Source of the DNA: Pavona decussata
Lineage: Eukaryota
Direction of reading: 5' to 3'
Length of the DNA: 64,000 bases
NCBI GenBank assembly: GCA_977016875.1
Contig: CDRNST010000226.1
Span: 744,001 to 808,000 of the forward strand
In this document: piece after piece, positions 11,101 through 23,894 of the stretch
Layout of the letters: each line of letters opens with the position of its first letter
Position numbering within the stretch: position 1 is the stretch's first letter
Position numbers and translations under genes: made by a program
The notes under the pieces: model-generated
Seen by the model: the letters and a program-made list of their open reading frames with translations, nothing else
What the model was told of the DNA's origin: nothing
Databases searched by the model: none

Positions 11101-13726
11101 GTCATCAATGTACATCTCAACATTCCTTGCTTCAGAGACAATAACAATGCTCTTGATGTGGAACTCCTGCGCCATTGGATGTGCAGTGAAGCTCATTTCA
11201 CACGGCACTATATCAGAGCATATTTTTGGCCGTGTGAGTGTCACACCTGCCCCGGCAGACTGTACACATCCCATAACAAGCTGATCTTGAGCTCTGAAAG
11301 AGGATCCAAATTGGACATGTATTTAAACTCTGAATAAAATAAAAAAGGGGAAGTGGGACAGGCCTTGCACTCCAAGGTAAATTTTGCAATTACTGCCAAA
11401 ATTTTCGCACACTGATTGGTTCATTAGTCATAGCTATTGTCTATATGAGTACAGACAATAAAAATGACGTTGGATGTAACGCAGATGCTTTCACAACAGA
11501 AAAGAAGGCCAATTCCGCTTGTACTTTTTCCATGTTGTTATAAAAAAACAAATCAGCAGTTTTCTATGGTTCATACTCTTATAGACTATAAACTGCTTGT
11601 GCTTACAAGAATTATTACGCTTTATAGGAAAAGGAATTTCCTCATGAAAATATGGTGTACAATAATTATATGTGCATAATAATGTACAGAACAACCCATG
11701 CAGCCTCTAAAATGAATCAACGTTCCTCAGTAAAGCAGATGAATTTATGGCCATTAAGGCCCATTTCTTCATTAAGTGTCATAATTTGAACTGAATGTAA
11801 AAACTATTTGAATTGTACAATTTGTACCTGAAAAGATATTCAATTAATCTCATAATAATAATGAGAACATATTGGGCACATTTCCACTGAAAATCTGCTG
11901 TTGGAAGTAATTGATAAAAGCTTGATAAAAGCAGATAATTTTTTAATAAAATACTTTTAGACCCAGTAAGTTCTCACTATTTTCAAGTTACAACAAGCCC
12001 AAAAAGTCAGATTAAAAATGACCTTTACCTATGGATTGGCATAATTATGACTATGCAAGATGAGAAATAATAAAAAGTTTCTTTCCAGAAGTTTCTCCCA
12101 CTGAACAGCTTGAAGGGTAATTAATCAAGAAACAACTGCTCTCAAAACAAAACAATACATATGTGATGAGATCTGGGTACTTGCTATAATAATATTACTA
12201 TCTGAATATACAAGTTTTGTCGTCATTGCTTACAGTGCAGAAGCTGAGGATTTGAAAACCAGTCTACTGTAATTTTACAGGGTGAGAAAAGACTTGTTAA
12301 TAATATTGGCCATTATTTTTGTTTCAACTTATTTGCATATTAATTTTTTTTGGCAGGTAGCATTAACACCTGCATTAACAGTAACAGTGATTTGCAATGG
12401 AAAAAGCTATTAGCTACAAATAAAGTTGCAATAAAAATTTCTGGCCGCCTGGTTGAGGCACTTTATCTTTCATACGTTATATCTAAATTATACACTTTTG
12501 CTCCTATGTCATAATGCAGCATTTAACCTCTGGAACACTTTGAGATTTTGCTGTGCTTGAAAAATTAAGAGATTTAGATGCCAAGCCACTGTCAAGCAAC
12601 TGAATACTACTTGGTAGAATTGTATGTGAGGTATGGCGCGTGAACTCTTCCTATGCTCTCCGTTTATTCATTTACGTGGAAGAAGCATTCAAAAGAATAA
12701 TTGCTTTTTTAATTGCATATGCTTGAACAAGCAAATATCCAAATTAAAGAGTTAAAACCCTTTTGTCCGCGTTTACTTACACGTTCTGGTAAACATTTAC
12801 TCAAAAAACATTTCTTGGTAAAATTAACATCTAGGAAGATCAAAAGATTGAAGCACTGTAAACAATTGTTTTTTTGTAAAGTATTCTGAAAAATGACAAC
12901 CAAAACATTTTCCCATGAGCTGTTAAAAATAGAAAGCTAATGATTCTTTCAAAAGGAAAATTTACATGTCAACTTTAATTTCATGGTCTGCAAACTATGA
13001 AATAAAGCAGGTTAGCATCCAACTCAAAACATACTGACTCGTAAAATATTACTTTACTCAAAACTTGAATGGTCAAAGAATTTTTTAGAGTTCGTTAACA
13101 GAACATGTCTTTGGTAGCAAAAAGGTTATAAGATAGACTCGCGTGACAGAGAACGATAGTTTGAAAGGTTACCCCCTGTTGCCTAAACCTGGTTTGTTTG
13201 GCTTTTATGGGGAAAAAGCTACTAAATACGAAGAAAATGTACGGTAGAATCAGAGATCGATTAAATCCCGTCTCTAAGTGCTGTATATCGAGTCGAAATC
13301 GAAATGTAACAGTATGTTCATTTAATAAACCCTGGGGATTAATTCAATGAACCCCTTTTGTGGTGCTGTATAATCCGTGTCTCTCGCGGGAACAATTTAC
13401 TCGCCACAGGAAATTTTGTCTTACAACTAAAGACACGTCCTTAAAACGCTACGCTACTTTAGCGATATTACACTAAATGATTAAGTCTTGATATGACATC
13501 AATGTTTTACCGTTTGCTTCTCTACAAATTGTACAGTAACGATATTAAGAGCTATTAATGGAGGTGATATAATGGCTTATGTATTGAAGGCTCACCTTGT
13601 TTCACCATCGCCAACAACATGAAAGACGGCCGATTGGACTGCTTGGACATCCAAACCTTCTGGATAATCCCACGAGAAAGCAATCTGAAATCTTGCCCAA
13701 AAGTTCGACAGTTCCTCCAAATCCAT
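4911..13726 (-). CDS. C10orf88: ATPase PAAT / C10orf88 homologue, 8 exons (~13596-13726, 11051-11293, 10439-10511, 9826-9912, ~9146-9262, ~7540-7712, ~6065-6467, 4911-5190)
   Basis: GT-AG exons join in frame. Motifs match human C10orf88 in order: FSWD; IKSIVIVSEARNVEMY (human IASIGILSSARNMEVY); VDIANVRSYLDSLGKQLSPEAQQLL (IDLDKVQTIMESMGSKLSPGAQQLM); C-terminal EKRILGRVDAKLQALLEHMNSRFDSLL coiled coil. Confidence 0.85.
5222..5575. mobile_element. Tc1/mariner(pogo)-type MITE
   Basis: Perfect TIR CAGTCAACCCAGGTCACGCGTGAAC with a TA duplication on both sides. Confidence 0.85.
5685..5900 (-). mobile_element. tRNA-derived SINE-like repeat, degenerate
   Basis: The minus strand has an A-box-like GTAACTCAGTGGTAAAGC and a B-box-like GGTTCAACTC. 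No intact cloverleaf. Confidence 0.5.
7840..8226. mobile_element. TTAA-target MITE (Kolobok/piggyBac-like)
   Basis: TTAA|GGACGGTGCCTACT ... AGTAGGCACCATCC|TTAA. Confidence 0.8.
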
Positions 13727-14899
13727 TTACAAATCGGTTCTTTTATGTGACGTTTTCAGTGCGATCATTTGCAATGAGCGTTGATGGATGGAATCCCACA
13801 CATGGCGCCGAATGAACGGAGGTGTGCTGCGGCTTAGCGAGCGAAAACAACGAGAAATTAATCTCTCTAAACAAAACAAAGAATTCGAACGGTATTCAGC
13901 GACGTAGGTCTCAGTTTGTAGAGAACGTTTTGGTGTTTTGTTGCAGCTGTTAATACAAACAATTCGATGAAACTTTCCTATGAGGAAGAAAGCTCCGAAT
14001 GGAAATTTGTTTTCCTTGAAAAGCGCGAAAACTGTGTCATATTAGTTCCCAGGCCATCGTGAAAAAGAGGTTTCGTGTAAGAGTAGAATGGATTGGACTC
14101 TTGGAAGGAGACATTTGACTGAAACTCTCAATGTTGTTTTTCAAAATTGTTTTATCAAAATGACCAAAATCGAGTACCCTGCTAGCAGAATTCTCTCTTC
14201 ATTACGTCTTTTTTCTTCCTATCTTTTTAGTCTGTTTACTGAAATTTCTTTTCACATCCAACTCGCTCCATAAGACACCTTCAAAAGGATGATTTGTTGT
14301 TTCAGTTTGTAATAAGAGAGTCCATCATTGCAGGAGTTATTTTCTGTAATTTTTTTCCAGAACATCAGCATCTGTGCATATAAATAGGGTATCTACTGGT
14401 ATTATAAGGTTTTATTTCTTGATCCTGTATGATAATATAAACCTTCCTGATTACAAAAGGTGAATCAACAAGATAAATTGCCATAACAAGACCAGTGAAA
14501 ACATTTCAGATTATAGTCAATATATTTTTTTTTACTCTGAAACAAAACAAAATACAGTTTGGTTTACTTTCTAGGTGGCTAAGATTGTATTAACTTTTAA
14601 CCAACCCTTAGGTTAATTCACATTTCATTACTTGGTGGGCACTGAGCTGTACTGCATGACTGACCACTTAATTTAATCCCATTTTACCAGTCTTGGTCTA
14701 AAATGATTGGCATCTCTTACTTGAAGAGATGGCTGACATATCAGAATACCTATGGTCATTGCACTCACACAAAATGTGTGATTCAGCTGACTTCCCCCAC
14801 CCAACCTTTCACGTTAGTTCCTTCTCCATTATTGGGCAATCACATGGAACTCAACCCCCCAGGTTTAATGTCCATTCAATCCAAACTTATGGCTCATAA

Positions 14900-14921
14900 A
14901 ATCAATCAAGCAATCAATCAG

Positions 14922-14958
<37 letters not shown>

Positions 14959-14980
14959 TAAGCAATCAATCAGTCAATCT
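14900..14980. repeat. (AATC)n microsatellite
   Basis: Imperfect AATC run. Confidence 0.9.
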
Positions 14981-15338
14981 TTAATATTTCTTACATTTCT
15001 TTAGCATCTAATCAAAATGAATACAACATCATGTAAATTTTATTTGTCGCCAATAATACTTTCGACATCTGCAACCCAACAGGATCAGTTTAACACTCCA
15101 AAGAATGCTGATTTAAACATTTATGAAACATTTCTTTGTCATTTATTCAAAATGAATGTTACACGTAACCTTTATTTGTAACTATATCACATCTGCAACC
15201 CAACAGTTTTGTGTCACTCAGTGTCACAAGGAATACTCTAGAAATTTATCAATATGTAAGAATATATATAAGAAACAGCCCAAGCCTTGATCTGTTCACT
15301 CCTCATTGTTAAGGAGCAATCATTTGCAACAATCAGAA

Positions 15339-15486
15339 TAGCCTGCGAGCAAGCTCTCTTTTAGGTCATAGCATGAGCAGCGAGCAAAGAGAGCCTCAAG
15401 AAGATTTGCCCCAACCTTCTCGCCACTTGCACCCCAAAAATTATGCCTCAGGTGAGACTCCCATTAGAGAGCTTGCTTGCAGGCTA
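15339..15486. mobile_element. Short TAGC-terminal MITE (AcademH-like) downstream of the CHMP4 stop
   Basis: TAGCCTGCGAGCAAGCTCTC ... GAGAGCTTGCTTGCAGGCTA. Flanks CAATCAGAA/TAACCAGAA form a degenerate 9-bp TSD. Confidence 0.7.
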
Positions 15487-15633
15487 TAACCAGAAACAAT
15501 GAGCATTCTTTTATCAATATTTGATTTTAAAAGTACAGCAAGTATAGAGGGCAAAACTGTAAACTCTAAATTGACAAGATAAGTTTTAAATGCATGCCCA
15601 CAAAAAGCTGCAGAAAGCATTGCCCAGTTCCGT

Positions 15634-16260
15634 TCACATAGCCCATGCTTGCAATTCACTCTCATCTTGTGCAGATTTCTTCTTTGTCGGAAGTTTCCCA
15701 CAAAATTCCACAGCGGGACGTTCCATTCCAACAAGTTCGTCATCAAGAACTTCTTGTTCGATAGCTTCCAACTCCGCATTCAGTTCATCTTCATCCAAGT
15801 CTTGATTCGAACCAACGCCACAAATAGCTTCTGAGATCTCCTTGGATATTTCCGTTTGCTCTTGAAAATCGTCCATAATGTCATAAACATCGTCGGCTCC
15901 GAACTGTTCATGTACGCTCTTCAGCACTTTCGCTGCGTAGTTCATGTTTTTCAATACCTCCGTGTTCATTCCGGCGCCTTCCAGCGCCTCGCGTTGGAAT
16001 TCTATGGTCGATAAAGTTCCATCAATTTGCTTCAGCTGTTTTTCGAGACGTTTTCGTCTCTTTAAGGCTTGTAACGCGAGTCTCTTATTCGTTTTCGCGT
16101 GCTTCTTCGCCGTTGAGTTTTCGATGTCGATTTTTTTCTCCAAGAATTCTTGCTTCTTTTCCAACATTTCCTCAGTCTGTTTCAACTTTTGTATAGCGTC
16201 CTCCGTCGAAGGAATGTTTTCCTTATTTTTATCTCCAAATATCCACTTTAACATGCTCAT
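15634..16260 (-). CDS. CHMP4: Charged multivesicular body protein 4 (Snf7/ESCRT-III), single exon, 208 aa
   Basis: MSMLKWIFG..DAIQKLKQTEEMLEKKQEFLEKKI..KQIDGTLSTIEFQREALE..LDEDELNAELE..ELQAWAM is a clear CHMP4 signature. The ORF-track start at 16308 is TTG; the first ATG is at 16260. Confidence 0.95.
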   Translation of the reverse strand: MSMLKWIFGDKNKENIPSTEDAIQKLKQTEEMLEKKQEFLEKKIDIENSTAKKHAKTNKRLALQALKRRKRLEKQLKQIDGTLSTIEFQREALEGAGMNTEVLKNMNYAAKVLKSVHEQFGADDVYDIMDDFQEQTEISKEISEAICGVGSNQDLDEDELNAELEAIEQEVLDDELVGMERPAVEFCGKLPTKKKSAQDESELQAWAM

Positions 16261-16432
16261 AACTGCAGCAGAAGTAACGATGAGTTTTGCAAGCTCAACG
16301 ATTTTCAACGACCGCTCAGGCTGCTTGTTCTAATTACAGGAAATTTTGTAACGGCTGTTGTGTAACCGTCACCAATATTTTCAGACCGGAAGTCAGCTGA
16401 TTCAGCCCGGGATCTCGTGACTGGGCAAGATG
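16261..16432. promoter_or_regulatory. Bidirectional promoter CHMP4/NAAA
   Basis: The divergent ATGs are ~170 bp apart. ETS/GABP-type CCGGAAGT lies at ~16386, and a YY1-type AAGATGGC overlaps the NAAA ATG. Confidence 0.65.
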
Positions 16433-17229
16433 GCTGCGCTTTCGTTTCACATAGTGAAAGTCGGTTTTGTTGCGGTTTGCTTTTGCCTCAGATATGTGCA
16501 AAGCGAGCCGTTTCAAGCACGAAGCTACAATATTGACCTCGATCTACCCCCAGAACAAAGATGGGTCAAAGTCATGGAGAAATATGCCGAATACACCCCG
16601 CAGATCGTCGCTTCTTTACGCTCAAAACTCCCAGCCATCGCAGTACCCTTGGCGGAGAAACTTGCTTTGTACTTAGATGATCATTTTCCCGAACCATTTC
16701 CAGGAGAGATGAGGGGTGTATCGAAAGGACTTAACTTGAGTTTGGCGGATACGGTATTACTCAACATTTTCTACGACTTGACAGCATTCTGCACGAGCAT
16801 TGTCGCTCAAGACAAGGACGGCAATATTTTCCATGGACGGAACCTGGACTATGGATTTACGAAAATTTTGCGTAATATTACTTTTATATCAAACTTTCAA
16901 AGCAAAGGTAAATTCTTTAGTTGTCTTGTTTATGTACCCGACCCTTATAATAATAAGATTACACCTTCCAATAATCCCCAACCCACCCCTCCCCGCCACC
17001 CCCATTATCATCCATGTTACTGCTAGTTTTTATTGCATTGCCCTCACCTCCAGAAACTATGGGAAGTCTGGGCATGAAGTTCAGGTGTTATGATTTCCAT
17101 AGTTTTGGGGTTACAGAAGGACAACAATACCACAGCCCTGGCTGTTATACGAAATGCCTCCTTCAGTGTATACTCACGGTGTTTGTGTCCTGAGCGTGGC
17201 TGTTTGTAACCCAATTAATACTAATTCAT

Positions 17230-17273
<44 letters not shown>

Positions 17274-17405
17274 GAGAGCTAGTAGGAGATAAAAGCGACA
17301 CAATAGCTCTGCAGATACAGAAATCAGTCATCACAAGCTCACTCAATATTGAGAGGCGCTTTAAGCTTTTGAAATAATGGACATTAGGCGTTTTATTATA
17401 CTTTT

Positions 17406-17436
<31 letters not shown>

Positions 17437-20397
17437 TTTTTTAAGTGTTTCCATCCTGAGGAACAGAAGATTTAGTATTTAGATTGAGAATCTTATGGAT
17501 AGTAAATAGTTTTAGAATTTAATTACTAGGATCTTTATGATTGGGAGTTGGGATTTTAATTGTAAGGACTTTGGTCATGGCATTGATTGGCTACGGCTGG
17601 CCGCCCAATCATTGTTTAGGATATCTGGGCATCTAGAAGTTTTTACTGCCACAATAATAATAATAATTATAATTGATAATGATAATAGTATGTACTATTT
17701 CTATGTAAGTGGGTGGGGACACATTGCTGTCTTCTGGGCTCAAAAATAATTTCTTTATTTTTCAGAGCTCAGAAAACTCCAAAAAAATTATCTTCTCTTC
17801 CTTTGAGGGACCTGGATAGCATTTAGTTACACATGATAAATAAAATAAATAACAGCAGAACTGATGTGGTCTTGTCATTTCAATACTGAGAATATAAGAC
17901 CTACTTATTAAAAAGCTAATCGTTACTTATAATAATAATAATTAAAACCTACTATAAAATTACCTACTCTATCTTTACATTAAAAGTAGCCTATTAACAA
18001 GGTGATCTCTATCCAAAAAACGTACTTAAAAAATTAAAAGTTAACAAAGGTTTCAACTCACTCATTGATAATGTTTTTAAATTGACCTCAGAGAAGGCTA
18101 TTTTTTGAAAGACACATTATCCCTGGTGCTTAAGTAGCTTAAATATAAAGTGAATGCAGATGTATTTCAAACTTTTGTTTCTCTCCACTGAAAAAAGGAG
18201 AGAAGCAACAGCCAGAAATATGTCTGCAAGTTCACAGGCAAAACCTCAGCCCCTGAATCTCTTCAATGGAGCTGGAACTTTTTACTACTGAGACTCCAAA
18301 TAGTTCTGGAGTTAGCAATTTGTGACCAAGTTTCCTTTCAAACAGCACACTAAAACTGGATTTATGTTGGCCTGGCAGATGTCAAGTTTCGATGTTTTGA
18401 CCATCAACCCTGTTCTGTTTTTTGTTTAGAAGGTATCTACGAGCCTTACCACTTCGACCTTTTTGTAAACACTCAATTGAAAAAACATCACCAACAGCTA
18501 TTACCATATATAAGAACCAACAGCTTTCTGGGAAGTATTTGACCTTTGAGCTCATTGAATGTAAATTTTACATTCATGTTGTTAGAAAATAAAAGCACAA
18601 ATGCTTTTCAGGGCTTGAAATTTGCATATTGCTTGCGGGTGTAGAGAAAAACAAACGAGACAAACTTGAAATATGTACATGCTAAATTAAATTAAGCCAT
18701 AATTCCATCAGGTTAATACATTGTTTACGATTCATAGTTTGCACAGGACAACTTTTTTCAATCCAGTGTTTTCAGCTCTCGTTCAATTCTGAGAATTATA
18801 TGGGTTGAGGAAGGGAGGTGGGGGTTAATAGAGTAATGGTAATACTAGTAATGGACTTAAAAAATTGGAATCATTTGAAGTTAGCTTTCAAGTATGCAGA
18901 ATATAGTCTGTACAAATTGAAACTTGCTCATTTCATCTTTCTGTTCTCTCCAGGGAAAGTGGTCTACACGGGTGTGACTTTTGCTGGCCAAATTGGATTT
19001 GCGACTGCACAGCGACCAAATGCAGTTACAGTCTCCCTTGATGAAAGAGACCAGGGATTTTTATGGCAGAACATCTTGCAGGCTTTATTGGACAAGAAAG
19101 TATTACCTGTCTCATTTGTGATCCGAAATGTTGTTAGTTCAGCAGGAATGGATTTTGATCATGCTGTAAAAATGTTTTCACAAGCACCTTTTATGGCAGA
19201 TGGATATCTGATTGTTGGGGGAGTTGGTGCAGGGCAGGGTGCAGTGATCACTCGGAATAGAGAAGACACAGCAGACATCTGGTACTTAAATAAGGATGCA
19301 GGAAAGAGCCCGTAAGTAAACAGTACCAAAATAAATTTAATTACCTAAAATTTTAGCTTATTTTGATTTATCTCAATTTTCCTAAAGTCCACATCCCTTC
19401 TTCTTCTTCTTGAACACTTTAAAAATCAGTGAAAACATCTGAGATGTTTGCGGGATGGTATAATGCAGACCAGCAGATGGCAGTTTTGGTACAGTCCTGC
19501 AAACATTTTAGATTTTTTCAGTCATTATTAGAGTGTTCACAAAGAAGGAGGGTTGTGGCGTTTCAGATAATTGCATGAAATCTTAAACAGGAACTTCCCA
19601 AGTAAAAAGGGGCCTGAGTGGCCTGGCCATTCTAACCTTCAGTTGTCAATCAATCATCAGTGCATAAAAAACTCACAAACAACTTTTTATGACCCTTGCT
19701 GATCAATAAAATTGGCTTCAGCTTTCAGAATAAACCCTGAATTAACTGAATTGAAACCGATGTCTTATATTCCTGTGGTAACATGAGATTTTGAAACACA
19801 TTTTTTTCAAAGGACGTTTGAGTCAACAACGTGCTGTGCCTGAACGGCATCTGAATTTCGGTTCACACCCCTAAAGGTGTGAATAGCCTGTAAGCTAGCT
19901 CTCGGTAAGCTCTCCTTCTCCTCTCTCCAACCCTCCTCTTGCTCAAGAGCTTGCTTGCAGGCTAAGGCGTGAAAGGAAGGAGGGGCTTGCCCTTTTATGG
20001 TGGAACTTCTTGTTTAAGAAGATATGAGGGAGAAAAAGGCTAGAAGTGACATGAACTTAGCAGGTAGGTTCAATCATTGCATATTGCCCCACTGCACCCC
20101 CCACATGCGCGATCCCCACCCAACCCCTTTGTTGTAGCTAAGTTGTCTTGATGTGTTCTTGACAGGTGGTTCCTGGTAGAGACTAACTATGATCACTGGA
20201 CCACCCCTCCCCCCTCAGATGATCGCCGTGACCCAGCAATAAAGGCTATGACCAAGTTAACTCAGGAGAAACTCACTGCTCAGTCACTGTTTAGTGTCAT
20301 GTCGGTTCACCCCGTGCTCAACAATGGAACAGTTTACACAACCATCATGCAGGCGAAAAATCCTGATCTTTTCAACACTTGGATTCGCCGACCTTAG
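16430..20397 (+). CDS. NAAA: N-acylethanolamine acid amidase / acid ceramidase family, 3 exons (16430-16907, 18954-19311, 20166-20397)
   Basis: Signal peptide, IDLDLPPEQRW, catalytic FCTSIVAQD, HGRNLDY, GAVITRNR and WFLVETNYDHW...DDRR. GT-AG junctions are in frame and the stop is TAG at 20395-20397. Confidence 0.9.
17232..17272. repeat. (AAT)n microsatellite; (ATTT)n nearby at ~17405-17440
   Basis: Direct reading. Confidence 0.9.
19884..19964. mobile_element. Tiny TAGC-terminal MITE (AcademH-like)
   Basis: TAGCCTGTAAGC ... GCTTGCAGGCTA with 9-bp TSD AGGTGTGAA/AGGCGTGAA. Confidence 0.7.
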
Positions 20398-22361
20398 CTG
20401 AGGAGGAAGCTGTGCTCTAAGATAACTGTTTTCCTTTGTTGATGGCTAGAAATCCCTCAGTGAGTTAAACACCGCGAGTTAAGGCTGTCTCACTGATAGA
20501 AACAATATTGAGGTCGCGTTTGATTGACCGTATTCCGGATTAAGAACAAGCGAAATAGCTGTTACATTTTAAGGTATATTTGGGAAGCCACGCATCTACC
20601 AGCTTTCTTTTAGCAGCCTGCACACGCAGTTTTTTGTCCTTTCTTTGCACTAACTGGGATTCAACTAAATAAAATCATTGTAACTAACGTATATACTGTG
20701 TATACATATCGTCATCCATTTTCTAAAGCCGATGTCAAACGTGACGATTCCCTGTAAATATTTTCAGCGCAAACTAGCCCTAAACAGCTTAGTTTTGATT
20801 CGCAACGACTATTTTTAGCATGGTTTTTTTAGTGTTACAATGTTGCGCCAAAAGTTGATTGCAATGTAACATGGACGAGCGGACGTTCTGTGCAATTTTT
20901 GCTTTGCCAGAACATTGTAATTTTTTTTAATTTAAAACTTACAAAGCGCTGTTACTTAACATAGACTTTCCTCACAACATTGTTGCGTTAAAAATCATCT
21001 TTGCCTATTCTCATTTAAAACATATCCGGAAACGTGCTGAGTCGAAAATTGACGTGGTGTTGCGCTAACAAGCGTTTCACTGATTTTTTTCCTGTAATGA
21101 CAATGCAACGATGACGAAGTAATTGCAAGACAAGTTTGCAGATTAAGTGGAATTAAGGGCGTTTTTAAGGACAGAAAAAGAAAAAAAAATCACCGTCGTG
21201 TTGTCATGTTCTCCTTAAAACAATACATTGCATTTGGTTGTCTTGCCGAGACATCATAAGAAATTTAAAAGTTTGTGTTGCTCTTTAACTTTTTGCTTTT
21301 TGAGACGGTTCACGTTCCGTTGCCGTCGTCCCTCGTATAACAGTACTTCTGGGGTTGAAAACGTTGGTAAAGGCTTAACTCATTAAGAATAAATAATATA
21401 AAATTGTGCACTCGATTCCCGTTGGCCATTCGCCCCATTTAACATTTTGTGTGTGTGTTATTCTAATTGGTAAAATATTCCTTTTCTTACCATCTAAAAG
21501 AGAAAGGGGTGAGGTTTTAATAGGGCTTCTCAGTCAGGAAGTTCTTAATCGCATATTTTCGTGATTTATTCACAAAGCTCGTGACAAGAACTTATAGAAA
21601 ATTTACAAGCACAACGTGTACTTCGACATAAAATCCTTGTTACGTGCAATTAGCTTTTTAGATACTCAAAAACCATAATGACAAGACTTTACTACCAAAC
21701 TGCAGCCAAACGCAAAGTAACGCCCAAGAAAGCAAAGCGACAGTCACGAACGACACCCGGAAGTTAAATGCTACCTCTGAGGCAATTTTTACGATGACGT
21801 TATTTTACTACAGCAACTAGAATCCTCTCCGTTTTTGACAATATCCCTAATTTGCAAGAGAAAACAGCAAACTGAAGGATTCGGGCAGTTGACGGTCATG
21901 AAATGTAATGGCCTATTGTTTTTCCTTCACGCCACCCCAAGGACCGGAAAACGCTTATTTTGATGTGGGGTGCCTTGTTTTCAGATATGATAGCAGAAAA
22001 ATACGTCAAAGGGAAAGATTGAACTTCCGTTTTCCGTTTTCACTGAAACGCGGTCTGCATAAGTTGGCCTCAATTTTACCGCGATAAAAGTCTTTTCGTC
22101 AGTTATTTGACTTTTTTGAAACTGCATGACAGGTTCTTTTGATATTTACAGGTGAAACAGTTTCAACTTGAAAAGATTATTACTCATCGATGGCACACTG
22201 ACAGCAACTATCGTCTTGTATTTCACTGAAATATCAGCTGAGGTATTGTTTGGTTTTCGTAAATAAAAATCTGAGATTTTTTCCTTTTCCAGTTTTGGTC
22301 CATTTTGAATCACATTTGGTCTTTCTCTGAAGTAAACTCTAAGATTACAGACTTTACATTT

Positions 22362-23357
22362 TTAGACCGGAGTAGTACATATTGATCGCCCATCAGGCGT
22401 ATATGTTGCCTGTGATTTACAACGGTTACTACAGCATGCTAGAAATGCCTCTCGATACTTAGACAATCTCCAGGCATACAGAAATGGATTCGCGGCAGAG
22501 TTCAGTAAACGTAACCGAAAGAAAATTATTTCCAACTTCTTAAACAGCAATGATTGTGAACAGACGTGGCAGAAGTGCCTGAGATGTAGCACAATAAACT
22601 CGGGTAAAACTGTCATGTAAAACAGCGCTAACACTATCAAAATTGTCACCACCATGCTCCTCTCCATGTCAAGAGCTTTCTTGCATCTCGCGTTCGAGGG
22701 GATTCCCGCGTCTTCCAATTCCTGGCTTTTTCTCCTCAATGTTCGAAAGACTTTAATGTGTATGACAGTGAGCAGTATGACCGGAAGAGAAGCGTAGGCT
22801 TGAGCATAAACAATGTCGAATATTTCTTCGGGAATATTCGTGAGCGGTAGAAAACAGATTGTCAAAGAAACTGCCCACAACCCAGCAATGAAGATCTTTA
22901 CTCTTGTTTTCGTCACTGTGGATTCGTAATCGTATTTAAATGGATGGTTCACAGCGACGTAGCGATCGTACGACAAAGCGATGATTGTTCCGCTGCTCAC
23001 AAACAACGACAAAGCGAGAACCAGGCGGATTATCGGATCGAGTTTAGCAGGGACTGGCAAATCTTCAGAGAAACGAAAATCTTTCACTGCCACCAGATTA
23101 CCAGCCACCAAGCCTAACATGAGATCAGACACGCATAGGTTAACGATCAGCAAAGATGGCGGTGTTTCGAGGAGGCGAAGAGTATCTCGAAAAATGGTCA
23201 CCAACAAGATGGAATTTCCCAAGGTTGTTACGGCAGAGAGAGTGAAGCCAGCAACTGCAAGACTCAGGAAGAATGCAGGATCCTTTACTACCAAGGAATC
23301 GGCTGTTGGGTTGGCGCTATTATTTAGCAGAGATATTGTTTGCTCCATGTCTTCCAT
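22362..23357 (-). CDS. Class A (rhodopsin-like) GPCR, intronless, orphan
   Basis: Seven hydrophobic segments with GN (TM1), LCVSD (TM2), SYDRY (TM3) and NSAANPFLY (TM7). First ATG at 23357; the 23429 start is TTG. Confidence 0.92.
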   Translation of the reverse strand: MEDMEQTISLLNNSANPTADSLVVKDPAFFLSLAVAGFTLSAVTTLGNSILLVTIFRDTLRLLETPPSLLIVNLCVSDLMLGLVAGNLVAVKDFRFSEDLPVPAKLDPIIRLVLALSLFVSSGTIIALSYDRYVAVNHPFKYDYESTVTKTRVKIFIAGLWAVSLTICFLPLTNIPEEIFDIVYAQAYASLPVILLTVIHIKVFRTLRRKSQELEDAGIPSNARCKKALDMERSMVVTILIVLALFYMTVLPEFIVLHLRHFCHVCSQSLLFKKLEIIFFRLRLLNSAANPFLYAWRLSKYREAFLACCSNRCKSQATYTPDGRSICTTPV

Positions 23358-23894
23358 TGTTGACCGACCTTGCGTGCAAAATTTAAGCAAAAAGACCGTT
23401 TCGTCAGTTACTACCCAGGCAGTGGTCAAACTTTAGAGTAACGTTTGTTGAATTTTCGGATTTCTTCGATTAGATTGAAAACCTCCTCTGGCCTAGGGAG
23501 ATTCTCTGCGGTACGATTCGTTCCTCGGTACAATATTCATTGCATAATTTTGCAGACGGGAAGTGTTATGACGTCATACCTTTTTTGTCTTTACTACCGT
23601 GACAATAGTGTGCCTGATACATACGTATATACAGAAACCACAGCGATACACAGCGGCCGGTAATGAAAGGTGGACTACTATCGCTGCTTTAAATTAGGGG
23701 TTACAAATTTTCTGCTAGCTTCTTCTTTATGCCATAAGAATTATTCGAAATTTACTCAGTCTCAGTCAAACTCCAAACAGAGTCTTCCAAGATGGGTGAT
23801 TCTCAGCTCAGCCGACATTGTGCCCTAATACCACTTTCGTTTTCGGATAGGATTGATATAAAAATAAATATCAAAAAGGGTCAAAATGGTTTTG

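Noticed and set aside
15944-16333. Antisense ORFs over CHMP4, the GPCRs (22981, 26475) and the sulfatase (56678)
   Set aside because: Shadow ORFs of real coding sequence.
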